Shown here piece after piece: positions 13,901 to 28,009 of a stretch of DNA of 64,000 nt. The notes below the pieces were generated by a model that was given only the letters and a program-made list of their open reading frames with translations, was not told the DNA's origin and did not search any database. The DNA comes from Raillietiella orientalis (lineage: Eukaryota): NCBI GenBank assembly GCA_036172245.1, contig JAYWIR010000007.1, forward strand, positions 248,001-312,000. Reading direction: 5' to 3'. The stretch's first letter is position 1. Each line of letters opens with the position of its first letter. The translations under genes were made by a program, and so were the position numbers.

Positions 13901-16900
13901 TGAGTGGCAGGGACGATCGGAATTCGCTTCTGATGAGCATATGAAAATAGGGAACCACATGGAGACCGACGCAATCGAATTGGGAGAATTGTTTGCGTAG
14001 ATAGCGATCGCCGGAATGAAGATGGATGAAAATTCCCAGATTCCAACGAGTGCAAGACGCACTTCCAGGGATGCGAAAAAGCTACCAAAGACAACCCATG
14101 CCCTGAATAGGTTGCGAGACTCTTCGACCGGACTGAGTCGATGCCTGCCCTACAAGACGGCGTGATGCGCTGGTGCAGCACCAGCACAGATCCTCCACGC
14201 TGACCCCGCTGTGCTTCTCCTGCAGCTTCTCCTTCACGCAATAAGGCAGTGCTGCAGGAGTGTCGACTGGTAAAGATCTCGACGCCTCCTGCCGTCGCGG
14301 GGAAGATGCAGCAGAAGGAAGAAGAACGTGCTGCCAGAGAAGGCCTCCTCCACAGCAGCGAAATTCTAGGAAGCGAAGAGCAAGAACGAAAGCACGAGGT
14401 GCACCCAAAGTTCGCCGTGCTGAGGAAGACACTGCTAAGAGTGAAAGAATGCGAACGACAGGTGGAAGCAACGAAGTGCGACCGCTGCATGATGTAAGAA
14501 ACGTGAAAATGGGAAGCGCCCACTCTCTTCCGTACGGGCAGTCATCCTCCATTGGGTACTGTGCTGGGAACATCGTTTGGAGGTGAAGCGCCGGTACAGC
14601 GGGATAAGGATCGCTGGTGTTGGTCCAACGCTTACGACGTATAATACGCATAAAGTGAGACAAGGTCCACGCCGCTGCTTCCGCGAAAGGTGTCCATCGG
14701 GACTGAAAACCGAGACAACCCCGTAACAGATGGCACGGACAACTGGAAACCGAAAGCGACGTCTGGGAACAACGCCTCGCTGAAACTACGAGACAAAGCT
14801 GTTCACCTCGGAGGGAGTGCAGGGACTCCCGGAAAATCCGAACGACCTCCTCCGTGGCTGCAAAAGTAAAAATCGCTGCCTGAAAAATCAATGGATTTCG
14901 GGTCCCAGGAAAGAAAGAAGACGCATCCAACGGACCATCAACATGTTGTGTATTCATCGAGGAACCTACGAAAGGGGCCACAGATTCATATTGCAGGACT
15001 GGCGACGAGTGTACGCCCACGCCAGAAAAGACGAAGGCGGAGGCGAACTTCGTGACGAGCGAAACCGTGCTCTCCGTCGCCCAGCCCGATCATGGGGTTT
15101 CGAATTTCGCGGTCCTCACAGAAGGAACGAACGATGAGCGAGGGGACTGCATTGCCATCCGCGCAGCATCCACGCCTCCACCACATGTGTACAGCGTGTA
15201 GCGACGAGGATGATTTCAACTGTTGAAAGATCCCCGTCCTGTCCAGTGGTGCCCGACGGAGGACTCGCCAAGAAATCAACAGAAAACCCGTAAAATCTCA
15301 GGAACGTGTGGCTACAAGCGAGGCACAATTCCATCGACCACATCCTTCACTGAAAATCAGTCGACGACCTCATGCGGAAAACTGCGGATACGCAGACTCT
15401 GCTGCTGGATGCCCGCACATTGCAGGCTGTCTGTCTGCTTCCTATTCTGCACATTCATCTTAGCCAAAAGGCCGAGAAGCGTTGCCCCTGAAATCCCAAG
15501 GAATGCAACCGGTGGGAGCCATGCTTCAAACGGAGCTCTTATTGAAAGAGTTTCCTGGGACACCTCCTCCGCCGCTGCCCGCATGGATGCTCCTCCTTGC
15601 CGAATACGCCCTTCGGCTTCCACTCCTACTGCTGCGGAAGAACGCGACAACAGATTGAAAAGCGGCAGCCATCCCCACGTGCTTGCCTTCTACACTCTAC
15701 CACGACGCGCTGTATGCGAAAGTTCCATCTACTCAATGCACACAGAATTGATGAATTGGATGTAAGCAATTTCCTCATTCCTTGATCGTATCGATTTCCA
15801 TGGCCATCGGCTACGTTCGAGAATCGCTACGGTCACAACCCAGCAACAAATGTGATTGGAATGGCCAACGTCACAAACGCATACGATTATGAGCAGCTCA
15901 TATGACGGGGGTAACGCGACCTTACGTTTCGTAAGGAATACGCTCCACGAAAATACCTCTTCCATACTCCATGACATGTGAATATCCATTGTGTAGCAGA
16001 ATTCAATGGAACGTACACTGTTCTTCTACAGACCGATCGTGTGGAGGCGATGTAAGCGTGGCTCCGTGTTCACGTGAACGAACATTGCCTCCGGACATGT
16101 ATGGTATGAGAAAACCAGTGATCAGCGCAAACAAGTGTCCCGAAGGAAAAGCGAAAGCAAGCAACCAAGGGAAGCAAGTGATGAAGAAATCAAGCCAGGG
16201 AGCAAAGATAAGAAGCTCAGCCTCGTAGGGAACGCTCTCCAGGGAAAGTGTGCATTCGGGGGGCGTTCCTTGCGTCACGACCGTCGTGCTACGAATCGAA
16301 AGCTCGTCGGAGTTCGGACAAGCGGTCTCTTCGACAGCTACACGGCACTCGCGCCCTACGTTTCCCCACTGCATGCATCCGCTGCACTCACTTTCCGTGC
16401 GGCTCTTTTCCACGAGCGACCCTCGAGCTCGGTGGCCAGGTCTGAGCGCGGGGCCCTGCCGACGTCTCTAGGAGAAGGGAGGCAGGCATCGGCTGCCTCT
16501 TCCCCAATGCCCGACCGTACCGCTTCCCGGGCCGCTTCCACTCTTTGTGGATGCCTTGCGCTACCGCAGGAGCACCGGACGAGTGGCATCGCCAGCCCTA
16601 TCTGCCCTGACCAGCACAGCCTGGCCTTCTTATTCGCCCGGTCATCAGCTGAGCGCAGGAAGGTCGACGGTCCGACGGCGGACTTGCGGTTTATCTCTCA
16701 CTCTTTCCTGCGCCAAAGCCTTCCCTGTTTCCGCCCTCCAGAAGCTGCAGACAAGGCAAACACTGCCCCTGCTGCTATATCCCGGTCCACATGGGCGCAG
16801 CTTCGTTTTCAAGCGCCTCTGCTACGGCCTTCCGCTCCTGGGCTGATCACTTGGGGAGGTGTTCGTTCCCCTTTCCAGCAGAGCGCTACTTCTTTCCTTG

Positions 16901-16979
16901 GAACTCTGTCGCTGGCGCCGTCTGTCTTCCGCCATCCGCAGGAACACCACCCCTCCCTCTCCCCGGCTACCCCGGAAAA

Positions 16980-17484
16980 CTAGCAGGAGAACGCTCCAGT
17001 ACAACTCGGTTTATTTTGGAGTTGGGCACCTCCCCCCAGGTGCCCAACAACGCGCCTACTTTGGCGGGTGGTTCCGCGTGAACTCTTTCCAGGCACGCGA
17101 CTCCTGGAAGACGGGGCAGGATGTGAGTGGCGCGTGCACCCGAAACTCACCCAAACTACCACCAGGGGAGTTTCTTCTTCTTCCCCCGGGCAACAGCTAA
17201 CAGCAGCCTGTCCGGCACCTTCCCAGCAGCGTGCACCGCCCCCCGACAGTCCACGCTGCAAACTCTCTTCCAGCATCCGCACTTTGGCGGGTTCCTCGTT
17301 TGTATCTTCCTTCCAAAGCTGCCGCACCGCGCCCAAGATCTGAAAAGAGGATGGGCGAAAACACAGCGGGAAAGAGAACAGCAAGAAGGCCACTCACCTC
17401 CTTGCGGTTGTAGTATGCAGCCGCCGCCGCTCCCAACCCGCAAACCAGAACTCCTGCTCTCGCAAGGCTGCATTTGGGAAACAT
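16980..17484 (-). CDS. Putative spliced gene or pseudogene of unknown product with an N-terminal hydrophobic anchor
   Basis: ATG at 17484 opens a 29-codon exon MFPKCSLARAGVLVCGLGAAAAAYYNRKE. A canonical 58-nt intron GTGAGT...pyrimidine tract...TTTTCAG (17397-17340) follows. Exon 2 continues in frame (ILGAVRQLWKEDTNEEPAKVRMLEESL...). No homolog recognised. Confidence 0.35.
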
Positions 17485-17859
17485 CTTTCTTTCCCAGAAA
17501 AGTTTTTTTTTCTTTTGCTTACCACGCCCGAGAGTTTCCTTGGTAACGATGGAAAGCTGAAAACCGTCTGTAATTTCCCTGCACCCGGACAGGCGCGTTA
17601 ATTGAGACGCTGATTGCGCGTTGGTGGTGAAAGACAAAATGACAACAGGGAAGAAGAAGAGAAGGGGACGCTGGCTCCGAGTAGGGGAGAGCAAGCCATT
17701 TCGAGGAACTCCTGCTGCTCCACGATGGCGCTTTCCCGACAGTTGAGCCCAGGAAAGTTGCGCACGTCCTTTGCTGTGATGTGGACGCAATGCTGCGCGC
17801 ATGCACGCTCCCTTGCAGCATGCACTCGCGTTGCACACTGCCTCCACGTCCGCCTCATC

Positions 17860-18600
17860 CCTGCCGCGTGGACCAGCTCTTCCGAGCTGCATGCACTGCA
17901 AGCGGTCCATTGCGAGCTTTTAGCACTTTTCGCCCCGCATCCGTGACACTCGCGAATTGGTCCACACGGGGAAATGTGGTTAGGCAGCGTCGAGCTGTCT
18001 TCCAGTCGGTCAGTCGGCAGGCGTTGGGTGGGGCTGGCGGGCATCGACAGCTGGTCGCTGCCGCGCCTGCTGCGGTCGCTCCCTCGCCACGTCGCAATCG
18101 GCGTCCTGTCCGAAGGAACGTCCGCCTTGCGCGCTTCGCGAAAGCCGCCACCAGGGGCACGGCGAGCGCTGCCGTGGGTGCCGCCATGTCGCAGCACGTC
18201 TTCCTGCCCGTACCATGGTCCCGCTGTCGTGAACCACCGCGCGCGGTGGCCTAAGCGCTTGAATGCCGCGTACACTTCCTGTGGATCCCAGCAGGCGCTC
18301 CGCCTGCCTGTCGCCTCGCACTTGTCGATTGCGGTCTGCTGGTGCGCTGGGCGCCTTGATGCATCATCCGCATCCTGTTGTCCCGCGTGTGCGCTTCCGC
18401 ACGAAGAAGGTGTTTCCCGTGGCCACGGGACAGCTCGCCCCGTCACCAAGTCCGACTAGACGACTGACTGCTGTTCCCCGCACAATGAGTCACGCAGGTG
18501 CACGCCATGAGAATGCGCGATGATCCACACACATCCCAAACTGCACCTTTCCATCGTCAGCGTGCCCAAAGCAGCATCCCGACGCGGCTTCTCCAAGTCG
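17860..18600 (-). mobile_element. Possible decayed RNase H-bearing LINE (I/Loa-like) 3' remnant
   Basis: Degenerate motifs occur in the expected order in shifting frames: AHAGQQDADDASR (like HxGxxGNExADxAA), then FLRTGR...SCRC (like RLRTGH...CxC). The region is GC-rich. The evidence is weak. Confidence 0.3.
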
Positions 18601-18778
18601 TTTGAGCGGATTGGACACCTGGAAGCCTCCACAGGGCTTTTCGCGATTGGCGGTGCGTCCACATCTTCCTCGCATGAAGGAGCGGGCAAAGAAGAAATGA
18701 AGATCGCAGGTGGGAGGCCACCAAAGCGTTCCAGATGGAGGTCTGCTCCGGAGAAGAACTCGTGGTCCCTTCCCTGTA

Positions 18779-18798
18779 TGTGTGTGTGTGTGTGTGTG
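18779..18798. repeat. (TG)10 microsatellite
   Basis: Read directly from the sequence. Confidence 0.95.
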
Positions 18799-20235
18799 CC
18801 CACCTCCTCCTTCCCGCACCGTCTCCCGCTGTGGACACTGGGAAAGGTGTTTCCGGTCTGCAATCATGGCAAGCAAGCGGAGTTTCCTTCCTCAACACTC
18901 TTCGGTTTGGGACGGCATGCACTTCATGATAAAACTAGTAGGCTAATGCTTACTGATGGTGGTACAACTGTATATATGTGTATTCACGAGTACCGATTGA
19001 TATTAATGTATCTATCCATATCTACATGCATTCTTTTATCAATCTCTCGTCCTATTTATTTATACATGTATTTGACGAGTCAACTATGAACAGAAATTTG
19101 CATCAGTATACGTATTCGCATCAACTTCCATATGTGTATATACTGGTATGAAACATTGAACTCTGATAATAAACATTTTGGAATGTATTCATCGATGTGA
19201 ATGTATGCCCACTGTTTTCTACATACGTACCCTCGTCGGCACATGCGCTGCTATGATGGGTTAGATGTTGATTTTAGTGTATGCAACTGGGTGCTCTTCT
19301 GTATCAATCCATTCGGCGCATCCTCCTTTTCATATGAATGATGCAAATTCCTGTTGTCTTATTTTTCTCCTTGTGGATTCGGATGCGCGGCGGACCCGCA
19401 TCCCGCCTGACGTGCCGTTGTGAACACGACTGGCGCGCCGCTGTTTTCCAGGTCGTACCGATGGTGCTTTTTGCCCTTTTCGGCGGATTCCCGTGCACAC
19501 CTGGCAGCATCGGTGCCTCGGGGCGCTTCTGGCGACGGAGCCCGAGCTTTGAATAAGAAGAGGGGAAAGTGCGAACTCCTTTCGTCCAATGGAAGCGCGA
19601 CGGGAAGGGCCCCCGAGGGCAGCGCGTCCGCAGTGAAGGAGCCTCTCGCTCTCGTGTGCAGCGGGAGGCCCTTCTCAGAAGCCTGCCCGAAGGAAGGCGA
19701 ACGAGGAAGGAGCTTATGCTAAGCTCTGTGCGTGGAACAGGCGCCCACCTCGTTTGATTGGCAGACAGGCTAACAGACCACCTACCTACTACGCGTAGGT
19801 GATCGGCTGAAAGGCTCACGCGACAGCCTCCGAGTGGAGGGTGGGCTGGGCGTTTGTGTGCCGCCATCCCGTCTTCCGGACACCATCAGAACGCTCGTTC
19901 CAAATGAGAAGCCCATTCGCTCCATTGGCCTCCGCTATCGTCGTTACGTCTTCGACCGTTCCAACGTAGCATCCCAGATTTCTTCATCCGAGAGAAAGCT
20001 TCCACCATGCTCAGGCGACTGTGCATTCCCTCTAGAAATTTCCTTTTTGTGTTGTCTGCGTTCTTCGCGGTCAACGAGCACGTCGTGTCCAGCGAGTGTT
20101 GGCAGCCCAGATTGCGGCTTCTTCCGCGACCGGAAAGCGCGTTCGCTTTCACTACCGCCAAAGGACGCCGCACATGGCTAGAGATGCAGGGCGGACCAGC
20201 ACGCTGCAAGAAGCACGAAAGCTGCGGTCGATGGC

Positions 20236-20950
20236 CACCCGGTTGCGCCCGGGGAATTTATTCCAAAAAACGAACGAACCAGACGGAAAGAGGGAAAGCA
20301 AGGCACAATGGGGAAAGAATTTCGATGAAGTGGGCTCCCTGCGACGCAGGTCGGGCACACCGAAAGTCCGGAACGAAAGGAAAAACGTTTCAACGACTAC
20401 AGAATGGTACCAACGGGAGAGGAGCCTTTGGCCACGGCCTTTTCTTGTTTTCGGAACCGGCGTTCCACGCCGGACATCACCTTCCTCACTTCCTTCAGAT
20501 GAGGCCACCTGGCAGCCGTCCACACGTTGACGTCGTCGATTTCAATGAACTCTTTAGGAATTGCCTGCGACTCAAACTGTCGGAGGGTCGTGAGGATGGC
20601 GCGAATGCAACAGATCGTTGCGGTCACCGCACCTAACGAAGGGCCGCCACACGTGAAGAAGCGGCGCATGATGTGGATGGCCGTGTGCCCCTGCGCTTAC
20701 AACAGACCGAGCTGCATAAAAGGGCGTGGTGGCCAGTGAGTTTGCTTGACGTGGCCCTGCAACGCAATATCCACTGGACACAATGGGGTTACGTGCCCGC
20801 AACGAAGATCCATTATCGACTGAGCCACAGCGACCGCGGCACGAAAAAGGCTCGCGAGCACGCAGGCGCGGTTTGCTGCCCGCGGACTGCCGCTCGCAAT
20901 AGCGCCATCTGTCCTCATCTTCAGCTGAACATTGGTGTCGCTGCCGTGAC
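20236..20950 (-). mobile_element. Tx1-like 3' fragment with internal deletion; copy F
   Basis: RRFFTCGGPSLGAVTATICCIRAI...ESQAIP...RWPHL matches 43100..43528 and 35979..36330. NPIVSSGYCVAGP matches [13 protein letters not shown] at 43.7 kb. The terminal hairpin is at 20236-20262. The 5' edge is approximate. Confidence 0.8.
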
Positions 20951-23900
20951 GACACACATCACTGTTTCGTCGTCCAACATTTTATCGCCCCATCACGGAT
21001 TCGAATTTTCTTCCATTGGAGAAACACTTTCAGTCGAAGACGGACAGTGTTCTCTCTTTTCTCGCGTTCAGCACGTTTGCCCTTTTTGGAACCTTTCCAC
21101 TGCACGCCAGACGTACCACCGGACCCACGCTTCCACGACAGCCTCCCGCAGTGAGTACCGCCGTCCAAGACGACCTCAACCAGCAGATGCGACGGCGCTG
21201 CCTGTGGTCCTCTGGCCGCACTCGCCCGCGTATGCGTCCCGCGCGCCGCCGCACACTGTGAACACCCCCGTGAGCGTTCGGCGGCGACTCGCGGCAGCGC
21301 ACTGCGCCTGCGGGCAGGCCGCGCGCGGGCGCACGCGCTTGCGCGGAAGTGCGACCGCTAAAGAAGCCAAAGTGTCCGTGCTACGCTCGCTGCGTGGGCG
21401 CGCAAAACTACCACGCTCGCGCTAACCTGCGTGCTCTCGGGAACGCCCTCCGCGAACCAAAGGAGTGGTTTCGTATTTCCCTTTTCCGACTGTTCCTTCC
21501 AGGCTTGCCGGAGAAGTCTCCAGCTTCCACTCCACGGAAGGGGACCAGCATTTACGTTCGTCTTCTAATCCAGCACAGGCGTTACCTCTGCTGGTATTTC
21601 CGACCCTGCGCGAAGCTGCACACAATCCTCGAAGTGCCCCAAGAGGAGCAAAGCGCGAAGCAGCCGGCAGCGTGCCACGCCGTGCAGGAGCACCTGCAGG
21701 AAAAGGTACAAGCGGGGCAGCTGGCACAGCAGCAGGAAGACAATCAGGAGCAGAGAGCAGAAAAGCAGTCGGGGCAGCAGGAGAAGCACCCGCAAAGGCA
21801 GACAGCAGAGAGGCAGCCGGGGCAGCAGCAGCTGCACTCTTGCGCAAGTGTTGCGCTCCCAGGCCGGCAGGAGCACGACCGCCATGGAGCGCATCGGTGT
21901 CCAAGGGAACGGAACCCAGCGCTGGTCGGATCTGTTCCAAGCATAGATGCCTCCTTCCCCATTCCTGGACGTCTTACGCGCTCCTGGAGCCGGGAGGTTC
22001 GTTTCCTGTTCTGCGGGCTCCATGCTACCGAGTGAGAGTGACCACCGAGGGGACCCCCAAGCGCAGCTCCCTCCTTGGGAATGCAGATGTGGCTTTTTCT
22101 ACTCCCCACTTCACTGTCAGTCTGCTTTCTCGGTTCTTTCCTTCTGCGACGCCACATCTTTTCCGCCTGTGGCATTTGCTCCCTTTTTCAGGTTTGTGTT
22201 GTGGCGGTGGCGCAACGTGCGACGCGCTCGCGCTGCTGGCACGAGTGTCGCACGCTCATCTTGATGTACCTCTGTTTCATGAGTCGCCGTTTCAGTTTCG
22301 TCCGAAACCCCGAATTCTGGGGTCGAGTCAGTTCTGGGAAACCAAAGCTGCGCGCAAATCTTCGAAGGTATTCATACGTTCAGTGATACGCAAATTCGTT
22401 TCAGCCGAAAACAAATACTAATAGTTATTAACAAACACACATCAGAAACATATTGAATAATTTGCATTGCCATATACTTTAGGATTGCTAGCAGATTATT
22501 GTGTATATGCTTTTTTCTGTTGCTGAGAACAATGCTATACACAAAGCAGAACAAACCTGAAATTGACATGGGATCCATCAATCCTGAACACATGCATTCG
22601 TCATTGGGTCGTATTCCCGAAAGCAGCGTCAGTCACCCATTTACTGAAAATTGTTGCTGTTCTGTGTGTGGAGTGTAAAAAAGTGGGAACACGAAATGCA
22701 AAGTTCTTTCTCTGCTCGTTCGAATACTTTCCCGTTTCTCCCATTTCCCCATAGTTCCTCCACCATCCTGGCTTTCTGAAACACTGTACTCATGCACTCA
22801 TTTCATAAACATTCATTTTACATGCACCAACATATATCTTATTATAAACACCGTTACATTTTATTGCAAGCAATGTGCACGTAAATTTAATGTTTCTACG
22901 CTCCCTACATGTATTCAGCATATGCTCATCTTTCTTCTTATGTTAAGAAAGTGTAAATTCTTCATTACCGATTCATGCATTGCTGATGACCACGAGAGGC
23001 TTTTCCGTCTACGCTGCCCATCGCGGTGTCTTCTTAGGAAGCTTCTTCAACGTCGCAATTAGCACTGCTGCAAATAAGATGATCTATCAGCAAAGAACGT
23101 TTCCGATGCTCATGACATCCTGCCATCCCTTGAGGAGATTTCGAGTGCGGATCGTGTTGAATCCTCCAGAGCGGTTTCTGTGGAATCGAAAAGAGGTACG
23201 CAGGCTCCAGTTTTGCCACGCGTCAAAGAGAATTCCAGAAACGAGGTTTCGGTCGACTCGTGCAGCTTTCCGAAGTGCTTGCCTTGGGCGTTGCGATCCG
23301 AGCAGTCCCCCGCTACTGTACTCTGTCGTCTGCGTAGGCACATTGCACGAAACGTAGGCAGCTGCCCTTCAAAGCGTTCATGCGGTTGCATAGCCTCGTG
23401 CCCACTGGGCTGTCATTTGGGCACGCACCCTAAGTACGAAGCAGAAGTCTTTCGGGATGGCAGGAGAAGAGATGCAATTTTCTCACGTAGATGATCGCCT
23501 GGAGGAACCATGTCACGGTTCCAACCTCCAATTCTAGATATCCACGACCAAGGTCATCAGGTGGCAGGCCGCATATTCGCCTCCGCTACAATTCGCGTCT
23601 CGACACGACCTTGACCGGAAGGGAGAAGGCAGAAACATGGGTGTGTTTCGTGCGGTTCCTTCACTTTCTTCCAAGTCCTTCTTTCCTTAGACACGAAAGA
23701 CGCTTTCGGCTTCCCATTCCATGGCTGCTCGCTCCTGACTTCCTAATCCACTTCGAGCCCCAGAGCATTATGTCGCACATTAACAAAAAGGCAAGCGGCA
23801 TTGCATCCCCTTCATGAGTGGAATTCCGCACCGGCAGGTAGCCGGAATACCCGCATCACTGGCATCAGTTGACGCACACAACAGGTAGGCTTCCAAAGAG

Positions 23901-26674
23901 TCAGTATAGCTGACTGTTTGGACTTCACACAGATCTCCACATCGACCTGGTCGTCCAAGTTGTCGGTTGCGGTGCGCCAGCCGCTCAGATCCAACTCCAC
24001 ACGCCACAGCCCGGGTTGATGCGTTTTCAATCCTTCGACGCGAACGACAGGAAGCCCGGAGGCTGCAGGACTCCCGACGAACGGCTTTGCTTACCGCTAC
24101 GCTCGACGACCACAGTTGGTTTTCTGTGCCAACCATACGAAATAAGACGGAAAACTTCAACCTTTGGAAAGTTCACACTAAAGTTACATTGAGATTCAGG
24201 GAGGTCCAGGATGGACCTTGCACAAAATAAGGAGGTACTTTAGTCTCTGGAGTTTAAGTTACAACCTGATGTCAAGAATTCGCAATTTCTCATAGAGATT
24301 GTAGTTCATCTTGGAAGCCAACCTATCCACTCAGGAGCCTGTTCCCCAGATTTGCGTGTCATTTACTTTACATCATTAAAAAATTGGCTTCTGTGGTAAC
24401 TGATGTCTTATTAATGTTGAATCAAACAGTCGAGGCGCATTTTTTTTTTTTCTGCATTCAATGGATGTCATGATCTCAGCTGTCACTCCAGTCTTACTTG
24501 GAGTTGTCATAATTTCTTTCCCTCTGTAAAATTGCTCTCTTACTTGTGCTAACAAATAATTCTCTGTGTCTTATTTGATTGAAAATAGTAACCAGCACTG
24601 CGTTTCCTCATCGAAACTGAGAAGAACACACTAAATATGAAAGGAAGCAGGGAAAAGTTCAAAGACGTCCAACACCAGCACCATACTGCTGGAAGCAAGT
24701 GTGTCTCCAAAAAGGAACTGAAAAGCTTCGAAAGTCACCAAGGAGATTTTCGTGTCGTTGGTACATGTAATGAGATCCAAAAAGCAGTGGAGAAAACGCA
24801 ATCTGTTGCAACTTATGCATCACGTGTGTGAGACAGTACCGAAAAGCATCACTGTGATTTCTAAAGAAAAAAAATAAAAAATAGCTTAAAGGCGGAAGAA
24901 ACGGAACTTTAGAGTTCATCCTCCCCAAAAAATACCTCAAAGGAAGACTCATTTTCCGAGCTACAAGTGATTTTCCATTCGGCTTGTAGAATCGGGGGGA
25001 ACTGGACAGAAGGAAAGATAAAACGGTAGAAAACAAATCCACCCTGACATAGATTGCGGAGTCATCGTCAGGAGGTGAACGCAGTGGTCCGGGAATGGGA
25101 AACTGCAGCCTTCTTCTTCGTTAGAATGAACAACCAAAATTGGTTCGTGACCTAATTCATGAACTTAAAACACGTCTTCCACGGAGTTGGTTGTTCCTAT
25201 TCTGGCAAGAAGAAAAGGAAAATGTGTCTTCGCTCCTGCAAAGCTGACGTGGACCATTTCTCATGGGAAAAACTCTTTGCAAATTTTGCAGATGAGCTTC
25301 TTGCTATGGAACGGCTCTATGTTGGCCTCCAAAACGACTTCTTGTGCTGACCTAATCGTGCTCGCATGTGCTTAACGAAAATTACTTCACGAAAACAGTG
25401 AGGAGAATAAAATTCCATGATATTCGAAGAAGTTTGTGTGTACTTCCTTGACATTTGAATTTCGGGAGCGTTTCTAACTCAGCAAATATTGGATTCATAA
25501 ATACGCAGTACGAATGTTAATTGGAAAATCAAAACGAATCAGACATTCGTTTGAGACCAACGACATAAAGCAATCAAACATAAAGCAAATGTTTGGCACC
25601 AGGCACTATTTCGGGCAGGAGCCCCCCATTGAATGGGTTTATAAAGGGTGACCGTGATGTCAGCTGACACTCGTGCCAAATACTAAATAGCCTTGGGAAA
25701 AAACTACTCTTTTGAAGGATTCCTTGGACAGTGAAAGTGCAAAGGATGGATTCAAAAGCAATCTGTTCAATCAAGTCAGCACTTGCTGTAAATCATGGGC
25801 ATGGAAGAAATTTGAAAATTTTCAGGAAACAAAAATTAGGAGATGGACAAATTTGCAAATTAAATTCCTCAACATAACTGAGAACGATAAAATGTTCCAC
25901 CGAAGAAGATGAATTAGGAAGGAAAACTGAATCCACATCTGGGAACCATTTTATACTTTAAAAGAAATGATAGTGTGAGAACAGCCGCAAAAAAGCTTGA
26001 TTGCTTAGACCTATTTCCCCTTAAGGTTCTTGAATTGATTATAAGATACTTCTAAAAGTAGTGTATGCAGTAAACAAAATGCGGCAAAATACCATACTCT
26101 TCATCTTCATTCTTGTACTCGTGTAAACAGAGATAATAGAATAGATTTCAATAGGTTGATGGAACAGATTATGGACAGAATAGATTTCCAGTGAATTGTT
26201 TCAGATAAGCGTTAAGCAAATAATCCATTATGGGAATCCAAAAATCTGCGTGCATGTCCCTAAGATGCTTGATTGCTACTTTACGTACGTTTTCCGGAAC
26301 CTCATTCATCAATCCTTCAGGAATTTCTTGAAAGTATCAACAAGTAGTCAGAGATGTGCTTCGTGCGAATAGAGGAAAAATGAATAAATAGCTTTTACTT
26401 GAGATTTCCATTGCACTATCGTGTAGCATGAACGAATGCAGGTCAAGAGAAAGCAATCAGTTTTCAAGTTCACAAGAATCTATGTGATAGATCTTATCGC
26501 GCGAGCAATCTTTTCCAATCTTTCCCAATGTTGCATGCATGCAATCAAAGACGGGTTCTGACTCTGCTGGTTCTTATCTTCGTCAATCGGAAAAACGGAC
26601 CCAAGAATCAATCTGACTTGCAATTAGCAGCTGACGTCCTTTCTTAGCTCACGGTTGAATGGCTCAACGGCTCA

Positions 26675-26710
26675 ATGAAAATGGATTCTGAGCTTAGAAA
26701 CTTTCTGTCT
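26675..26710 (+). CDS. TMEM18: Candidate first coding exon of TMEM18 (MKMDSELRNFLS)
   Basis: An ATG-initiated frame ends in phase 0 at a GTAAAG donor. It would join VDWSEP to give FLS-VDW, resembling the usual FLxSxDW. The exon is inferred only. Confidence 0.35.
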
Positions 26711-27367
26711 GTAAAGATCGCGAGCCTTGTGAAGAGCTCTCATGCCACTCCTCCGAAGTATGAGAGGTTTTCGGGTATCCACATTTCAGAAAATGAAACG
26801 AAATATACGGAACTGTGTCGTCGTATTTGCACGTATCTGTTTGAAATCTTCGCGACTTGAAAAAAAATTGACCGAAAACCAACCGAAAAGAGTTGCTTCC
26901 AACAACTCTTTTTTACCTGTACTGTTTTTGGAGTTTGACGTCAAAGCATTCTTTCAAAATGTTCAATACAAAAACGCTCCTAAGAAAAAAGTCCATTGTT
27001 CTCATCACCTCCTATGTACATGCATACTTATAAACTGAAATTTTCTCTATTTTCTGGATCTTCATTTTATTGTTTTATTTAAACACCCGTATTACATTGT
27101 AGATTATTAATTATTTACTATTAATAGCCTTAATATTTATAGGATATTATTCAAATCATATTCTTCCAAAGATTTTCAAGATATTATTATTGTTGTTACA
27201 TTAAGCATCAAGTATTAAATAAAAGTATTTTATTATGTAATAATCAATTAAAATTATACAACAAGATTTGATGATATTTTTAATAAAATCAAATATTTTT
27301 TATAAATGAACATATAAAAAGTAAATAGTATAAGACTTTCTAAAATTTACACTGGTGACAAGAAGAC

Positions 27368-28009
27368 TGTTGTGGCGTCTACTAGTTCCAGAACAAGAGA
27401 TCTTGCTCCGGAAACCCCAAACCTCTTGTTTGGGTATCCTTGTTTCCACATGAACGCTTAGGTTGAGTTCACTGCAAATTTTCTTCTAAGGGTCAACTGT
27501 AGAAAGGGAGGTTGAGAACGAGATTGCAGGCTCATCTTCAGGAGTGGATGCGGAGAAGGACCAGCATTCGGGAGGCTGGTATACCCATGTTCTCGGAAAG
27601 AATTTCTTCCTCAGGTATTAGTGTGAACCGCCTGAATAAAAGGGGCCGCCCATTGCTTTCGAATACCTCTTGATAGGCTTTCTTTTTTTTTTTCCAAAAG
27701 GGGAGAGAAGATCTTTGAGAAGAGAGCGTAGCTGACACTCTCTCTGCCCCCTCACCCCTATTCTGCTCATAAGCAGTGGACCAATAGACACATCTAAGGG
27801 TTGGTATGAATTGTTGCCTCAATCCCAAGCACAACAGGACCAACGGAGTCTCTCCCGTTTGCAGGGAGTCTCCACGCAGCCCCTTCGTGGGTACACCTAT
27901 TCCAGAGTTCCGTCAGGTCTCCGTCAGGAGAGCAAGTCGGGCTCGTTTTAGGCATCCACCTAATCCCATAGGACCCTCCTATATTTTGGCACACTAGATT
28001 TCAGGAACA
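27368..28009 (-). mobile_element. Solo-LTR-like repeat, distant relative of the 44 kb and 60-61 kb repeats
   Basis: A GC-richer island in AT-rich DNA. On the minus strand it starts TGTTCCTGAAATC and ends ACGCCACAACA (TG...CA). ATAGGAG..CCTATG..TAGG resembles 44268-44300. No clean TSD. Confidence 0.4.

Noticed and set aside
20227..20681. GTSGATGGC as TSD of copy F
   Set aside because: ORF2 homology continues beyond 20681, so this is not the element boundary.
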